Positions 1 to 11,722 of a DNA stretch of 64,000 nucleotides are shown piece after piece. Numbering within the stretch: the stretch's first letter is position 1; each line of letters begins with the position of its first letter. The notes under the pieces were generated by a model. It was given only the letters and a program-made list of their open reading frames with translations, was not told the DNA's origin and searched no databases. The stretch lies in the NCBI GenBank assembly GCA_020060385.1, contig JAGVAH010000044.1, positions 7,235-71,234 of the forward strand, written 5' to 3'. Source of the stretch: Syntrophobacterales bacterium (lineage in GTDB: Bacteria > Desulfobacterota > Desulfobaccia > Desulfobaccales > 0-14-0-80-60-11). A program made the position numbers and the translations under genes.

Positions 1-1
1 G

Positions 2-2066
<2,065 letters not shown>

Positions 2067-2080
<14 letters not shown>

Positions 2081-3098
2081 CCTGCAAGCCGTGGCGGTCA
2101 TCGGCGCCGGCGCCTGGGGCACCACCCTGGCTCAGGTCCTGGCGGACAAGGGAGTGGCGGTGCGCCTCTGGGTCCGGGAGCCGGAGGTCTTTGCCGTCCT
2201 GGTTAAGGACCGGATTAATCAAACCTTTCTGCCGGGGGTGCGGTTGTCTCCCCGGATCATGTTTACCCAGGAATTTGCAGTGGCCCTCCAGGGGGTGCGG
2301 GTGGCCCTGATGGCCGTTCCATCCCACTGCTTCCGGGATGTGCTCCGGGAGCTGCGCCCCCACCTCCCTGAGGGTGCGGTGCTGGCCAGCGCCACCAAGG
2401 GCATGGAAATCGAGTCCCTCCTGACCATGGAAGGGGTGGTGCGGGAGGAACTGGGCGCGGCTGTGGCCTACGCGGTCCTCTCCGGCCCCAGTTTCGCCCG
2501 GGAGGTAATCCACAAGACCCCCACCGCGGTGACCATCGCCAGCCGCCGCCGGGAAGTGGCGCACCATCTGCAGCGTCTTTTTTCCACCCCTTATTTTCGG
2601 GTCTACACCACCCACGAGGTCACGGGCGTCGAGTTGGGAGGGGCCCTAAAGAATATCTTCGCCATTGGCACCGGCATCCTGGAAGGCATGGGCCTGGGGG
2701 CCAACTCCCGGGCCGCGGTGATCACCCGGGGCCTGGCGGAAATGACCCGGCTGGGAGCCCGCCTGGGGGCCAATCCCATGACCCTCATGGGCCTGGCGGG
2801 CCTGGGGGATTTGGTCCTCACCTGCACCAGCTCCCAGAGCCGCAATTTCCAGGTGGGGGAAAAACTGGGGAAAGGCCTGCCCCTGCCGGAGATTTTGGGG
2901 GCCATGACCGAAGTGGCCGAAGGGGTGAAAACCACCCGGGCCGTCCATCTCCTGGCCCAGCGCCTGGGGGTGGAGATGCCCCTGGTGGACGCGGTGTACA
3001 AAATCCTTTATGATGGTTTGACTCCCCGGGAGGCCATTAAAAAATTGATGACCCGGGAACTAAAAGATGAACTGGAGGCCATGACCGAAACCTGGTAA
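2067..3098 (+). CDS. gpsA: NAD(P)H-dependent glycerol-3-phosphate dehydrogenase
   Basis: Rossmann motif VIGAGAWGT; SGPSFA; GGALKN; GLAGLGDLVLTC-SRN. Confidence 0.96.
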
Positions 3099-3236
3099 AA
3101 AGCCGGCTGCCGGTGAAGAGCCGCCCATATCCTTGACAAATTTTTCAGGCCGCGGGCAATATTTTGCCGATTAATGGGAAGCGAGGGGTATAATGGCTGA
3201 AATTATTGTTCCAAATTCACGATCCGGAGAGAAATC

Positions 3237-4574
3237 ATGCCTTACGAACCTGTAGATACCCGGATCCCCACCCTGGGGGTGCCCAAAGTGGATTCCCCCA
3301 TTCCCATCGAATCTATGCACACCCGGCATGGACAGGAGGTAAAAACCACTTTTGTGGAGGACCGGGAAGGGGTCCTGGTCTACGACACCTGGGACTATTT
3401 GGCGCAGTTGCAAAGTTTGGACGAGGCCCTTTGCTTCGAGATGGCCGGGCCCCGCGCCAAGATCTACTTCGACCCCTCCAAAGTCCACTGCGCCATCGTC
3501 ACCTGCGGGGGCCTATGCCCCGGCACCAATGATGTCATCCGGGCCATCGTCTTGGAACTGCATTACCTTTACGGGGTGCGCCACATCTTTGGAGTGCGGT
3601 ACGGCTTCCAGGGCTTCATTCCCCGGTACCACCATGACCTGATGAAGCTGACCCCCGAGATTGTGGCCAATATCCACACCTTCGGGGGGACGATCCTCTC
3701 TTCGTCCCGGGGGCCCCAGGACGTGGGGGAGATTGTGGACGCCCTGGAACGGCTCAACATCCATGTCCTCTTTCTCATCGGCGGCGATGGCACCCTGAGG
3801 GCGGCAGACCGCATCTGCGATGAGATCCACCAACGCCAATTGCAAATCAGCGTGGTTGCCATCCCGAAGACCATTGACAACGACATTCCCTTTGTTTACC
3901 GCTCCTTCGGGTTCGACACCGCGGTGGAAGTGGCCACCGACGCCATCCGGGCCGCACATACCGAGGCCTTGGGGGCGCCTAACGGCGTCGGCCTGGTGAA
4001 GCTCATGGGCCGTTATTCGGGATTTATCGCCGCCAATGCCACCCTGGCTCTGCGGGAGGTCAACTTTGTGCTGATTCCCGAGTCGGATTTTGACATTGAC
4101 GGCAAGCACGGCCTGTTGGCCAGATTGGAGAGCCGCCTCCAGGAGCGGGACCATGCGGTCATCGTGGTGGCGGAAGGCGCAGGACAGAAATATTTCAAGG
4201 AAGAGGACCTGCCCCGGGACCCCTCGGGCAATATCAAACCGGGAGACATTGGCCTCTATCTCCAGGAAAGAATCAAAGAGTATTTCCAGAGCAAAAGCAA
4301 AGAAATTAATCTCAAGTACATCGACCCCAGCTACCTGATCCGCAGCATGCCGGCCAACTACAATGACCGCATCTATTGCGGTTTTCTGGGGCAAAACGCG
4401 GTGCATGCGGGGATGACGGGCAGAACCGCGATGCTGGTGACCAGGTGGCACCGCCATTACGTCCATGTTCCCATCAAGGCGACCATGGGGCAACGTAAAG
4501 AGTTGCATTTGGACTCCCCCTTGTGGCGCAGCGTCCTGGAATCCACCGGCCAACCGCCTCTGATTAACCATTGA
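3237..4574 (+). CDS. pfkA: ATP-dependent 6-phosphofructokinase (long PfkA type)
   Basis: TCGGLCPG; GGTILSSSRG; GGDGT (Gly form typical of ATP use); PKTIDND; KLMGR; YIDPSY. Confidence 0.92.
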   Translation: MPYEPVDTRIPTLGVPKVDSPIPIESMHTRHGQEVKTTFVEDREGVLVYDTWDYLAQLQSLDEALCFEMAGPRAKIYFDPSKVHCAIVTCGGLCPGTNDVIRAIVLELHYLYGVRHIFGVRYGFQGFIPRYHHDLMKLTPEIVANIHTFGGTILSSSRGPQDVGEIVDALERLNIHVLFLIGGDGTLRAADRICDEIHQRQLQISVVAIPKTIDNDIPFVYRSFGFDTAVEVATDAIRAAHTEALGAPNGVGLVKLMGRYSGFIAANATLALREVNFVLIPESDFDIDGKHGLLARLESRLQERDHAVIVVAEGAGQKYFKEEDLPRDPSGNIKPGDIGLYLQERIKEYFQSKSKEINLKYIDPSYLIRSMPANYNDRIYCGFLGQNAVHAGMTGRTAMLVTRWHRHYVHVPIKATMGQRKELHLDSPLWRSVLESTGQPPLINH

Positions 4575-4637
4575 AGACGGGGCTCAAGAGACAATTAAAG
4601 GAAATTCGAAAGTCACGCCGGTAATCTTGACGAGCAG

Positions 4638-5054
4638 ATGACAGAAGCGAAATCTCTTCCCCATACGCCACCTGTTTTTCAATGCCAGCAGTGCGGCGAC
4701 TGTTGCGCCGGCCGGGGGGGCATCTTTGTCCGGCCCGAGGAAGTGACGGCCATGGCCGCGTTCCTGGAGATGGACGAACCGGAATTTCGCCGCCGCTACG
4801 TGGAGCCTTCCTCTCTGGGGAACCGCCTGGGCATCGCCGACGGCGTCTGCGTCTTTATGAAAGATAATCGCTGCCGGGTGCATCCGGTGAAGCCTTTCAT
4901 CTGCCGCCAGTGGCCTTTTCTGCCGGCCCTGCTGGTGGACGCGGAGGAGTTCGAAGCCGCCAAGGGCGCCTGCCCGGGGATTAACCCGGAGTGCAGTCAC
5001 GAGGACTTTGTGGAGAGGTCGTTGCATTTGCAGGAATCTGTGGAGGATGATTAG
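4638..5054 (+). CDS. YkgJ-family cysteine-cluster protein
   Basis: CQQCGDCC, CVFM, CRVHPVKPFICRQWPF and CPG pattern. Confidence 0.85.
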   Translation: MTEAKSLPHTPPVFQCQQCGDCCAGRGGIFVRPEEVTAMAAFLEMDEPEFRRRYVEPSSLGNRLGIADGVCVFMKDNRCRVHPVKPFICRQWPFLPALLVDAEEFEAAKGACPGINPECSHEDFVERSLHLQESVEDD

Positions 5055-5098
5055 GGGGCTCCAGGTCCTCGCAAATCTCAAGAGCATAACAGGGAAAC

Positions 5099-5881
5099 AT
5101 GGGAAAAAAACTTGTCCACATCCTTACGGCCCTTCTCCTGGCGGCCTTGCTTCTGCCGCCATCTGCCTCCGCCACCGACAAAAACCAGGAACACCAGGCC
5201 CAGGAGCTCTTCTCCCAGGGGGTGGAAGCCCTCAACCAAGGCCACCCCGAGATGGCCCTGGAGAAATTCAACGCCACTTTAAAATTGGACCCGGAACTGC
5301 CCGCGGCCCACATCAACCGGGGCATCGCCTTGAGAAGGCTGGACCAGTACGTGGAAGCGGTGGAGGATTTCGATAAGGCCCTGAAGTTGGCCCCCCAATC
5401 CCCGGAAGCTTACTATAACCGGGCCCTGGCCTACAGCCTCTCAGGCCTCTATGACAAAGCCGTGGCGGATTATACCCAGGCCTTGAAATACGCGCCCCGG
5501 GATTGGCAGATTTTTTATAACCGGGGCAACGCCTTCCTGGACCAGGGCAAATCCGGGGAGGCCCTCCAGGACTACGACCAGGCAATAAAACTTAACCCCC
5601 AGGCCCCGGAGGTTTACCTCAACCGGGGACTGGCCTGCCTGGATCTGAAAAAACCCGACCAGGCCCTGGCAGACTCCGAAAAAGTGCTGCAACTCAATCC
5701 CAACTTTGCCCGGGCCAACTTCGTCAGGGCCCAGGCCCTGGAGCAGTTGGACCGGAAACCGGAGGCCATGGCCGCCTACCGCCGCTTCCTGGAAACCGGC
5801 AACCCCGAAAAGGACCGGGGCCTCTTACAAAAAGCCCTGGACCAACTCAAAAAACTGGAAGGAAAAAGCAGTGATCAGTGA
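5099..5881 (+). CDS. Secreted TPR-repeat protein
   Basis: N-terminal signal peptide; several AYYNRG/ALKLAP-type TPR units. Confidence 0.88.
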   Translation: MGKKLVHILTALLLAALLLPPSASATDKNQEHQAQELFSQGVEALNQGHPEMALEKFNATLKLDPELPAAHINRGIALRRLDQYVEAVEDFDKALKLAPQSPEAYYNRALAYSLSGLYDKAVADYTQALKYAPRDWQIFYNRGNAFLDQGKSGEALQDYDQAIKLNPQAPEVYLNRGLACLDLKKPDQALADSEKVLQLNPNFARANFVRAQALEQLDRKPEAMAAYRRFLETGNPEKDRGLLQKALDQLKKLEGKSSDQ

Positions 5882-5953
5882 TCAGTGGTCAGTGGTCAGT
5901 ATAAGATTAAAAATTACTGGCCACTGACCACTGACCACTGACCACTGATCACT
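5869..5953. repeat. Inverted heptamer tandem repeat (CAGTGRT)n ... (AYCACTG)n forming a hairpin
   Basis: cagtgatcagtgatcagtggtcagtggtcagt, an AT-rich spacer, then actggccactgaccactgaccactgaccactgatcact. Confidence 0.85.
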
Positions 5954-7489
5954 ATGTCTTTTTATCTCACCACTCCCATCTATTACGTTAACGCCGAGCC
6001 CCACCTGGGCCATGCCTATACCACCGTGGTGGGGGACGCCCTGTCCCGTTTCCACCGGCTCCTGGGGGAAGAGACCCGTTTCCAGACCGGCACGGACGAG
6101 CACGGGGAAAAGGTGATGGAGGCCGCGGTGAAAGCCGGCCTCCCCGTCAAGGAATTCGCGGACCGCATCAGCGCCATGTTCCGCCAGACCTGGGACGAGC
6201 TGGATATCAGCTATGATCACTATGTCCGCACCACCGCGCCCGAGCATGTGCAGGTCGTACAAAATTTCCTGCAAAAGGTCCACGACTCCGGGGACATCTA
6301 CTTCGGCGATTACGGCGGGCTTTACTGCTTCGGTTGCGAGGCCTTCTACCTGGAGCGTGATCTGGTGGACGGCAAATGCCCGGACCACCAGGTGGAGCCC
6401 ACCTATATCAAGGAAGAAAATTATTTCTTCCGCATGAGCCGCTACCAGGATTGGCTCATCGGCCACATCCAAGAGAATCCCCAATGGATCAGGCCGGAGC
6501 GCTACCGCAACGAGGCCCTGGCCTTCTTAAAAGAGCCCCTGGAGGATCTTTGTATCTCCCGGCCCCGGAGCCGGGTGGAATGGGGCATTCCCCTGCCCTT
6601 TGACGAGCGTTATGTCACCTACGTCTGGTTCGACGCGCTCCTCAACTATCTCACCGGCCTGGGCTACCCCCAGGGGGAGAATTTCGGCCGCTTCTGGCCG
6701 GGGCAACACCTCATCGCCAAAGATATCCTCAAACCCCACGGCATCTATTGGCCCACCATGCTCAAGGCTGGAGGCGTGGAACCCTTCCAGCACCTTAACG
6801 TGCACGGCTACTGGCAGATGCCCCAGGGGAAGATGTCCAAGAGCCTGGGGAACGTGGTGGAGCCCCGCTACCTGGCGGCCACCTACGGCATCGACCAGAT
6901 CCGCTATTTCTTTCTCCGGGAGATGGTCTTCGGGCTGGACGCCCATTTCAGCGAGGAGGCGCTGCGGATTAGGATCAACGCGGATTTGGCCAACGACCTG
7001 GGCAACCTCATGGCCCGCAGCCTGGGCATGGCCTTTAAATATCGGAAAGGCGTGGTGCCGCCTCCCGGAGTGCCGGAGGCCCTGGATAAAGAAGTGTCCC
7101 TCCTGGCCCAGGAAGTGGCCGGAGATTTTCTGGAACTCTTTCCCAACCTGGAGTTTCCCAAGGCCCTGTCCCGGGTCTGGGAATACATCAATCATCTCAA
7201 CCGCTACATCGTCGCCTGCGCGCCCTGGGAACTGGCCAAGGACCCCCAGGGGGCAGGCCGTTTGGATACGGTGCTCTATCACCTCCTGGAGGGCCTGCGT
7301 TGGCTGGCCGCGCTCCTGCGGCCGGTGATGCCGGGGAGCGCCCTGAAAATGAGCGAACAACTGGGGTTGGGTCTGAGCCTCTGGGACCTGCCCCTGCGCC
7401 AAGTCTTGAAATGGGGCCGTCTGCTGCCCGGCAGCACCCTGAAAAAGGGCCCGGCCCTGTTTCCCCGGCTGGAGGCGGAGGAAAAATGA
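5954..7489 (+). CDS. metG: Methionine--tRNA ligase (short form without C-terminal tRNA-binding domain)
   Basis: TTPIYYVN, HLGH (HIGH motif), GTDEHG, Zn knuckle CFGC...CPDH, YVWFDAL, KMSKS. Confidence 0.96.
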   Translation: MSFYLTTPIYYVNAEPHLGHAYTTVVGDALSRFHRLLGEETRFQTGTDEHGEKVMEAAVKAGLPVKEFADRISAMFRQTWDELDISYDHYVRTTAPEHVQVVQNFLQKVHDSGDIYFGDYGGLYCFGCEAFYLERDLVDGKCPDHQVEPTYIKEENYFFRMSRYQDWLIGHIQENPQWIRPERYRNEALAFLKEPLEDLCISRPRSRVEWGIPLPFDERYVTYVWFDALLNYLTGLGYPQGENFGRFWPGQHLIAKDILKPHGIYWPTMLKAGGVEPFQHLNVHGYWQMPQGKMSKSLGNVVEPRYLAATYGIDQIRYFFLREMVFGLDAHFSEEALRIRINADLANDLGNLMARSLGMAFKYRKGVVPPPGVPEALDKEVSLLAQEVAGDFLELFPNLEFPKALSRVWEYINHLNRYIVACAPWELAKDPQGAGRLDTVLYHLLEGLRWLAALLRPVMPGSALKMSEQLGLGLSLWDLPLRQVLKWGRLLPGSTLKKGPALFPRLEAEEK

Positions 7490-7575
7490 AGATTTGGGGC
7501 AGGGGGCCAGGGGCCGCGACCGTTCCCTGCCCCAAATTCCATGCCAATCCCATAATTTATAAGTGATGGTGGCGA

Positions 7576-8142
7576 ATGGCTGCCAGGATGCGGGGGTATT
7601 GGGTAGTGATCCTGGGAGCGGCCCTGCTCCTGACGGGCTGCGCTGCGCCGCCGCCCCGGCGGCCGGCGGTGGCACCGCCCCGGCCGGCCCCGCCGGCGAT
7701 CCGCACTCCCCAGGAGTATGCCCTGGATCAGGCCATCAGCAAATTCCACGGCGCGCCCTATCGCTCCGGGGGGACCACCCCCTCCGGGGTGGATTGCTCC
7801 GGGTTGGTCCAGACCTCGTTTCACCAGGCGGGGGTTAACCTCCCCCGCACCGTGGCCCAGCAGTATGGCGAGGGGCAGCCGGTGAGCCGAAGCGATTTGC
7901 GTTTCGGGGACGTGGTCTTTTTTAACCGCTACTGCCAGACCCGGAGCACTAGATACCTGGCGAGCATGTTTAATCCGTCTTTTACCCAGGAGGTCTGCCA
8001 CAACGGCATCTATCTGGGCAACGGCCGGTTCATCCATGCCTCCCCCCGGGGGGTGTACATCGGCCGCCTGGATGCCCAGGTCTGGCGCGCCTCCTTCGTG
8101 GGGGCCCGGCGCTATTTACCCAACGGCCCGCCGGAGCGCTGA
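7576..8142 (+). CDS. NlpC/P60 family lipoprotein (cell-wall peptidase)
   Basis: Lipobox LTGC; PYRSGG; DCSG catalytic Cys; GDVVFF; HNGIYLG; FIHAS. Confidence 0.92.
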   Translation: MAARMRGYWVVILGAALLLTGCAAPPPRRPAVAPPRPAPPAIRTPQEYALDQAISKFHGAPYRSGGTTPSGVDCSGLVQTSFHQAGVNLPRTVAQQYGEGQPVSRSDLRFGDVVFFNRYCQTRSTRYLASMFNPSFTQEVCHNGIYLGNGRFIHASPRGVYIGRLDAQVWRASFVGARRYLPNGPPER

Positions 8143-8182
8143 TAATATTTTTCGGAGAAATATTTCCAGTAAGGAGATCAAC

Positions 8183-8698
8183 ATGGCAAAGTCACGGCAA
8201 ACAGGCTGGAGCCTCGGCCTGATGATTATCATCCTGGCCGCCTGGAGCATTCCCGGCTTCACCCTGGAGATTCCCCTGAATGGGAAAAACTGGGCCCTTT
8301 GGGGCAGCAGCCGGGAGACCAGCCGTCTGGGCCGGGAAGAGACCGTAGCCCGGGAAAACTACTGCCCCACCGGCGGCTGCGTCATCCGCCTGGACCGGGT
8401 CAGCGTCACCCCCCCCCGGGCCCGGGCCGGAGACACCCTGCTCCTTTCCACTTCCTATACCCTCCTCACCCCGGAGCAGATCGCCATCCCCATCACCATC
8501 ACCCGGGAAATCCGCTTTCAGGGGAAATCCCTGGGTAAGACCAAGTCAAGGGATTCCCGGCAACTCAACGGGTCCTTTGATCAGGAGGTCAACTTCCAAC
8601 TGCCCGCCAACGCCGTGCCGGGGACCTATACCCTGGTCACCACGGTCAGCACCGGCTACGGCCAGTCCCAGAAGGCCGTGGATTTCCAGGTGGAATAA
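8183..8698 (+). CDS. Hypothetical exported protein with a beta-rich (Ig-like) C-terminus
   Basis: RBS AAGGAG before ATG 8183; hydrophobic N-terminus; LPANAVPGTYTLVTTV motif. Confidence 0.7.
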   Translation: MAKSRQTGWSLGLMIIILAAWSIPGFTLEIPLNGKNWALWGSSRETSRLGREETVARENYCPTGGCVIRLDRVSVTPPRARAGDTLLLSTSYTLLTPEQIAIPITITREIRFQGKSLGKTKSRDSRQLNGSFDQEVNFQLPANAVPGTYTLVTTVSTGYGQSQKAVDFQVE

Positions 8699-8706
8699 AA
8701 GGATTC

Positions 8707-8824
8707 ACCACCAAGACACGAAGAGACGAAGAGACACCAAGGAAAAAAATAAAGGCTGTGGCGCTGCCGCGCCACAGCCTTAAGTATTTCTCTGTGATTC
8801 TTTGTGTCTTTGTGCCTTGGTGGT
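8707..8824. repeat. Nested palindromic element, probable bidirectional terminator between convergent genes
   Basis: Outer arms accaccaagacacgaaga / tctttgtgccttggtggt; inner hairpin aaggctgtggcgc-tgcc-gcgccacagcctt (8752-8781). Confidence 0.7.
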
Positions 8825-8832
8825 AAATTAAT

Positions 8833-9093
8833 TCACCCGCACAGCCGCACCGCGGGGCCCAAGGGGCGCAGGCGGCCGGGGCCTTCCGATTGGCCCACCA
8901 CCAAGCGGATGCGGCCGCAGCCCCGGGTGTAAAGGAAGTGCCAGGCGTCCTCCACGGTGAAGAAGCCCTGAGCCGGAGCCACCACTTCCACCTGGTCCGC
9001 AGTATAGCCCAGGTCCCGAATCGCGGCAGGCGCGTCGAACTCCTCAGGCGGGCCGGGGGTGCTCACCAGGTAAACGATCAGACCGTCTTTCAT
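8833..9093 (-). CDS. Small hypothetical protein (86 aa) downstream of a cobalamin riboswitch
   Basis: RBS GAGGAGG before ATG at 9093; MKDGLIVYLVSTPG...FFTVEDAWHFLYTRGCGRIRLVVG. Confidence 0.75.
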   Translation of the reverse strand: MKDGLIVYLVSTPGPPEEFDAPAAIRDLGYTADQVEVVAPAQGFFTVEDAWHFLYTRGCGRIRLVVGQSEGPGRLRPLGPAVRLCG

Positions 9094-9148
9094 GATACCC
9101 TCCTCAAGTTTATTGATGATCCCCCCTGGCGCCCGCCGCGTTCTGGGC

Positions 9149-9180
9149 AAAAAAAACCCCGGGTCTGAAAAGACCCAGGG
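9149..9180 (-). terminator. Intrinsic terminator in the riboswitch expression platform
   Basis: Minus strand ccctgggtct-tttc-agacccgggg followed by a U tract, between the aptamer and the start codon. Confidence 0.75.
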
Positions 9181-9271
9181 ACGGCACCCAGCTTTCTTGA
9201 TCCCAGGGGGGCCGGGGTCTACGACCCCGGAGGAGCCCTCAAGTCCCTGCCACGGGGACCCGGGCCTTAAC

Positions 9272-9434
9272 AGATGGGCAGGTCTTCTGACTTCCGGATC
9301 ATCCTCATCCCTGCGCCTTCCCGTTTCCTTCAAAGAAACAGTGGCTTATCGCAGGTTTCGTCCCCGGTTACAGCGGCGGGACCGTGCCGGCTTTCAACCG
9401 GCTTCCCTATTAAACCCCACTGGGGGTACCCATC
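9272..9434 (-). promoter_or_regulatory. Cobalamin (B12) riboswitch
   Basis: Minus strand has AATAGGGAAgccggTTGAAAgccggCACGGTCCCGCCGCTGTAA, GCCACTG, GGGAAGG and B12 box AGTCAGAAGACCTGCC. Confidence 0.93.
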
Positions 9435-9532
9435 TTTTCTAGGTATACAGCATAAGGGGAACCCCCGCCCCTGTCAAGGGAAAATCCGCCCCTTTGGGGC
9501 CTGATATCCGGCCCGGGACCATGGGGCCCCCA

Positions 9533-9560
9533 AAAAAGCAAGCGGGGCTTTAAGCCCCGC
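9533..9560 (-). terminator. Intrinsic terminator after the DUF3192-like lipoprotein gene
   Basis: gcggggctttaagccccgc palindrome followed by a U-rich tract on the minus strand. Confidence 0.6.
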
Positions 9561-9629
9561 CGCGGGTTGATCTTTTCAATCATCATGTTATGAGGTTAGC
9601 CGGTTTCTGCCCGAAGGGCATTCTTCCAT

Positions 9630-10019
9630 TCAGCGCACCCTCTTATAGGGATCTGCCGGGGCTTCCGGCGCTTCCGGACGATCCACCGCGGCCCGGTAGG
9701 CTTTCTTGCCTATGCCCTCCAGGCGGTTACGCTGAAAGACCAGGGGAGTATAGCCGTTGCGCACGGTTTCGCCCCCTTCGTAATCCATGGAATGGGTCAG
9801 ATAGAAATAAAACACGTAGCGCCCGCCCGCGTAATCTCCCTCTTCCTTGATTTGCGGCGGGCCCATGATGCCTTCAACCTCGGACATAGTCATCCCCGGC
9901 CGCACATCCTGGAGATGGATATAGGTGGTCCACATCGCCTTTTCGAATCGCGGGTAGAGCACAGTGTCGCAGCCGCTGAGCAGCATTCCCAGCGCCAGGA
10001 TGATTTGCAGCCAAGCCAT
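9630..10019 (-). CDS. Lipoprotein, DUF3192/BamE(SmpA)-like
   Basis: Lipobox LSGC; GMTMSEVEGIMGPP; YTPLVF. Confidence 0.75.
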   Translation of the reverse strand: MAWLQIILALGMLLSGCDTVLYPRFEKAMWTTYIHLQDVRPGMTMSEVEGIMGPPQIKEEGDYAGGRYVFYFYLTHSMDYEGGETVRNGYTPLVFQRNRLEGIGKKAYRAAVDRPEAPEAPADPYKRVR

Positions 10020-10495
10020 GAATCCCCCCCTGAATTAAGTCTCAATATAGTCCCCGCTACAGTTACAGTCAACAAAAAGGAGCAGGGCCCAGAATGTGGG
10101 CAGGATTTTCCCCTTGGCCCCCTTTGCTGCAGGCAAAAAGCATGGGGAGGGGTTAATGGGGAGGGGTTAGACGACCAGGAGCGCCGGGTTAGTTCAGGTT
10201 ATTGGGACCGGAGGTGGGTGGGCGGGGCTCGCAGTGGCCCGGTGGACACGGGACCGTCTGGCGCCGGGGACCTCCAGGTTGCAGGTGTGGGGATTTGGAC
10301 GGTAGTGAAAATATTGACATTTTCCTGGCAGGATGCTCCCGCTTCCTTGGCAGCGCGGGAAGGCAAGGGGAAAACGCTCCCCTTTCCTGGGCCGGAAGCG
10401 AAAGTCAGGACAATATTTTCCTGGCAATTTCTGCCCAAAGCGGCAAACATTTCCTCTTGCCAGAGATAACTCTGCCAGAAAATTGACACTTCTGA

Positions 10496-10678
10496 TTACA
10501 TCGGGTTTTCCAGGTGCTCCTCATAAGGCATCGGCTCAATGGTGGTCCGCTCCCGGTAAAAATGCTTCAAACGCTTGCGGATGTTGGTTCCTTCGTGGCC
10601 CATCTGGGCCAGGATGTGTTCCGTCAGGGGCGTTAGATCCTCATGGGCCATGATCAAGGTGCGCTTATTCCGCTTCAT
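10496..10678 (-). CDS. Small hypothetical protein (60 aa)
   Basis: RBS GGAGGG before ATG; plausible composition; sigma54-like motif upstream. Confidence 0.55.
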   Translation of the reverse strand: MKRNKRTLIMAHEDLTPLTEHILAQMGHEGTNIRKRLKHFYRERTTIEPMPYEEHLENPM

Positions 10679-10821
10679 CCCCGTCCCTCCAAGTTAATTT
10701 TCTTCTAATTAGCTTCAATTTTGATGCCAAGTCCCGAAACATCTTTAGAAGAAGGTAGAAGAATTTTGTTGCCTACCTGAATTAATTGGAAGTCTCCTGG
10801 AGGGAAAAAGGAGGATTTCTC

Positions 10822-10872
10822 AGGGCGGACCAGCGTATCCGTCCTGGGGTAGGAGCGCATCTGGGTGCGCCC
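10822..10872. repeat. REP-like palindrome pair (GTAG family)
   Basis: agggcggaccagcgtatccgtcct and gtaggagcgcatctgggtgcgccc. Confidence 0.5.
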
Positions 10873-10884
10873 CGGTAAAGGGAT

Positions 10885-11601
10885 CTAGGCCAGTTCCAGA
10901 AAGTGGCCCATGAAGAGACGGAAGAGGCGGCCGATGGTTTCCTCTTTGGCAGCCGCGGCGGCCAGCATCTCCCGGGGGTCCGCGCCGCTGCCGTCCAGGG
11001 CCCAGGGGCCGTCATGCTCCAGCCATTTCTTGACGTCCTGCGCCCCCGCGTGATTATCATACTGCAAGCCCAGCACCCGGGGGTTGCCCGTCAGCCCCAG
11101 GGCCTCCACCGGGACGGTCCGGGAGCGGGCCAGAAGCTCCACCCCCCGGGGCAGGGGCGGCAGCACCCCCTGGCCGTGCCATTTGAATAGATCCAGTTGG
11201 GCCGGTAAACCTTTAAAGGCCGGATGGGCCCGGCCCGCGGCCGCCAGCTCCCCGGTGGTGAAGCCCACGGACTTGTTGGGCAGCGGCCCCACCGCACATC
11301 CCATGACGTGGCCCAGAAGCTGATGGCCCAGACAAAACCCCAGGTAAGCCTTGCCCCGGGCAATTATCTCCCAAATCGCCTTTTTCAGAGGCCGCAGATA
11401 AGGGAATTGCTCCTCTTCATCCACGTTGGGGGAGCCCCCCAGGACAATCATGCCGCTCAAAGGATCCAGGGGCGGCAGGGGTTCATGCCAGGCTTCCAGG
11501 ATCTGGTAACCCACCCTGGCCTCCCCCAGGGCCGCCAGCAGGTGGGCCCCCGGCCCCTCCCAATCCATGTGCTGGACGATCAAAAAGTTTTTTTCCGGCA
11601 C
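10885..11601 (-). CDS. Type 1 glutamine amidotransferase domain protein (GuaA-like)
   Basis: VQH..EGPG; IVLGG; LGFCLGHQ nucleophile motif; FKWHG. The usual QFHPE reads QYDNH here. Confidence 0.85.
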   Translation of the reverse strand: MPEKNFLIVQHMDWEGPGAHLLAALGEARVGYQILEAWHEPLPPLDPLSGMIVLGGSPNVDEEEQFPYLRPLKKAIWEIIARGKAYLGFCLGHQLLGHVMGCAVGPLPNKSVGFTTGELAAAGRAHPAFKGLPAQLDLFKWHGQGVLPPLPRGVELLARSRTVPVEALGLTGNPRVLGLQYDNHAGAQDVKKWLEHDGPWALDGSGADPREMLAAAAAKEETIGRLFRLFMGHFLELA

Positions 11602-11722
11602 TGCCCCTCCCCTTTCCAGCAAACGACTGGACAGCCATTTTCATGATAAATCTGCACCCAGCCCTGCTTCCGGTCTGCCTGCCGGTATGCTAAATTGTCC
11701 CATATCCAAGGAAGATTTGCCC

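Noticed and set aside
5869-5953. Heptamer arrays as CRISPR
   Set aside because: The units are 7 nt with no unique spacers, and there are no cas genes.
5954-7489. MetG lacking the C-terminal domain as a truncation or pseudogene
   Set aside because: Short monomeric MetRS forms are common, and the catalytic and anticodon-binding regions are intact.
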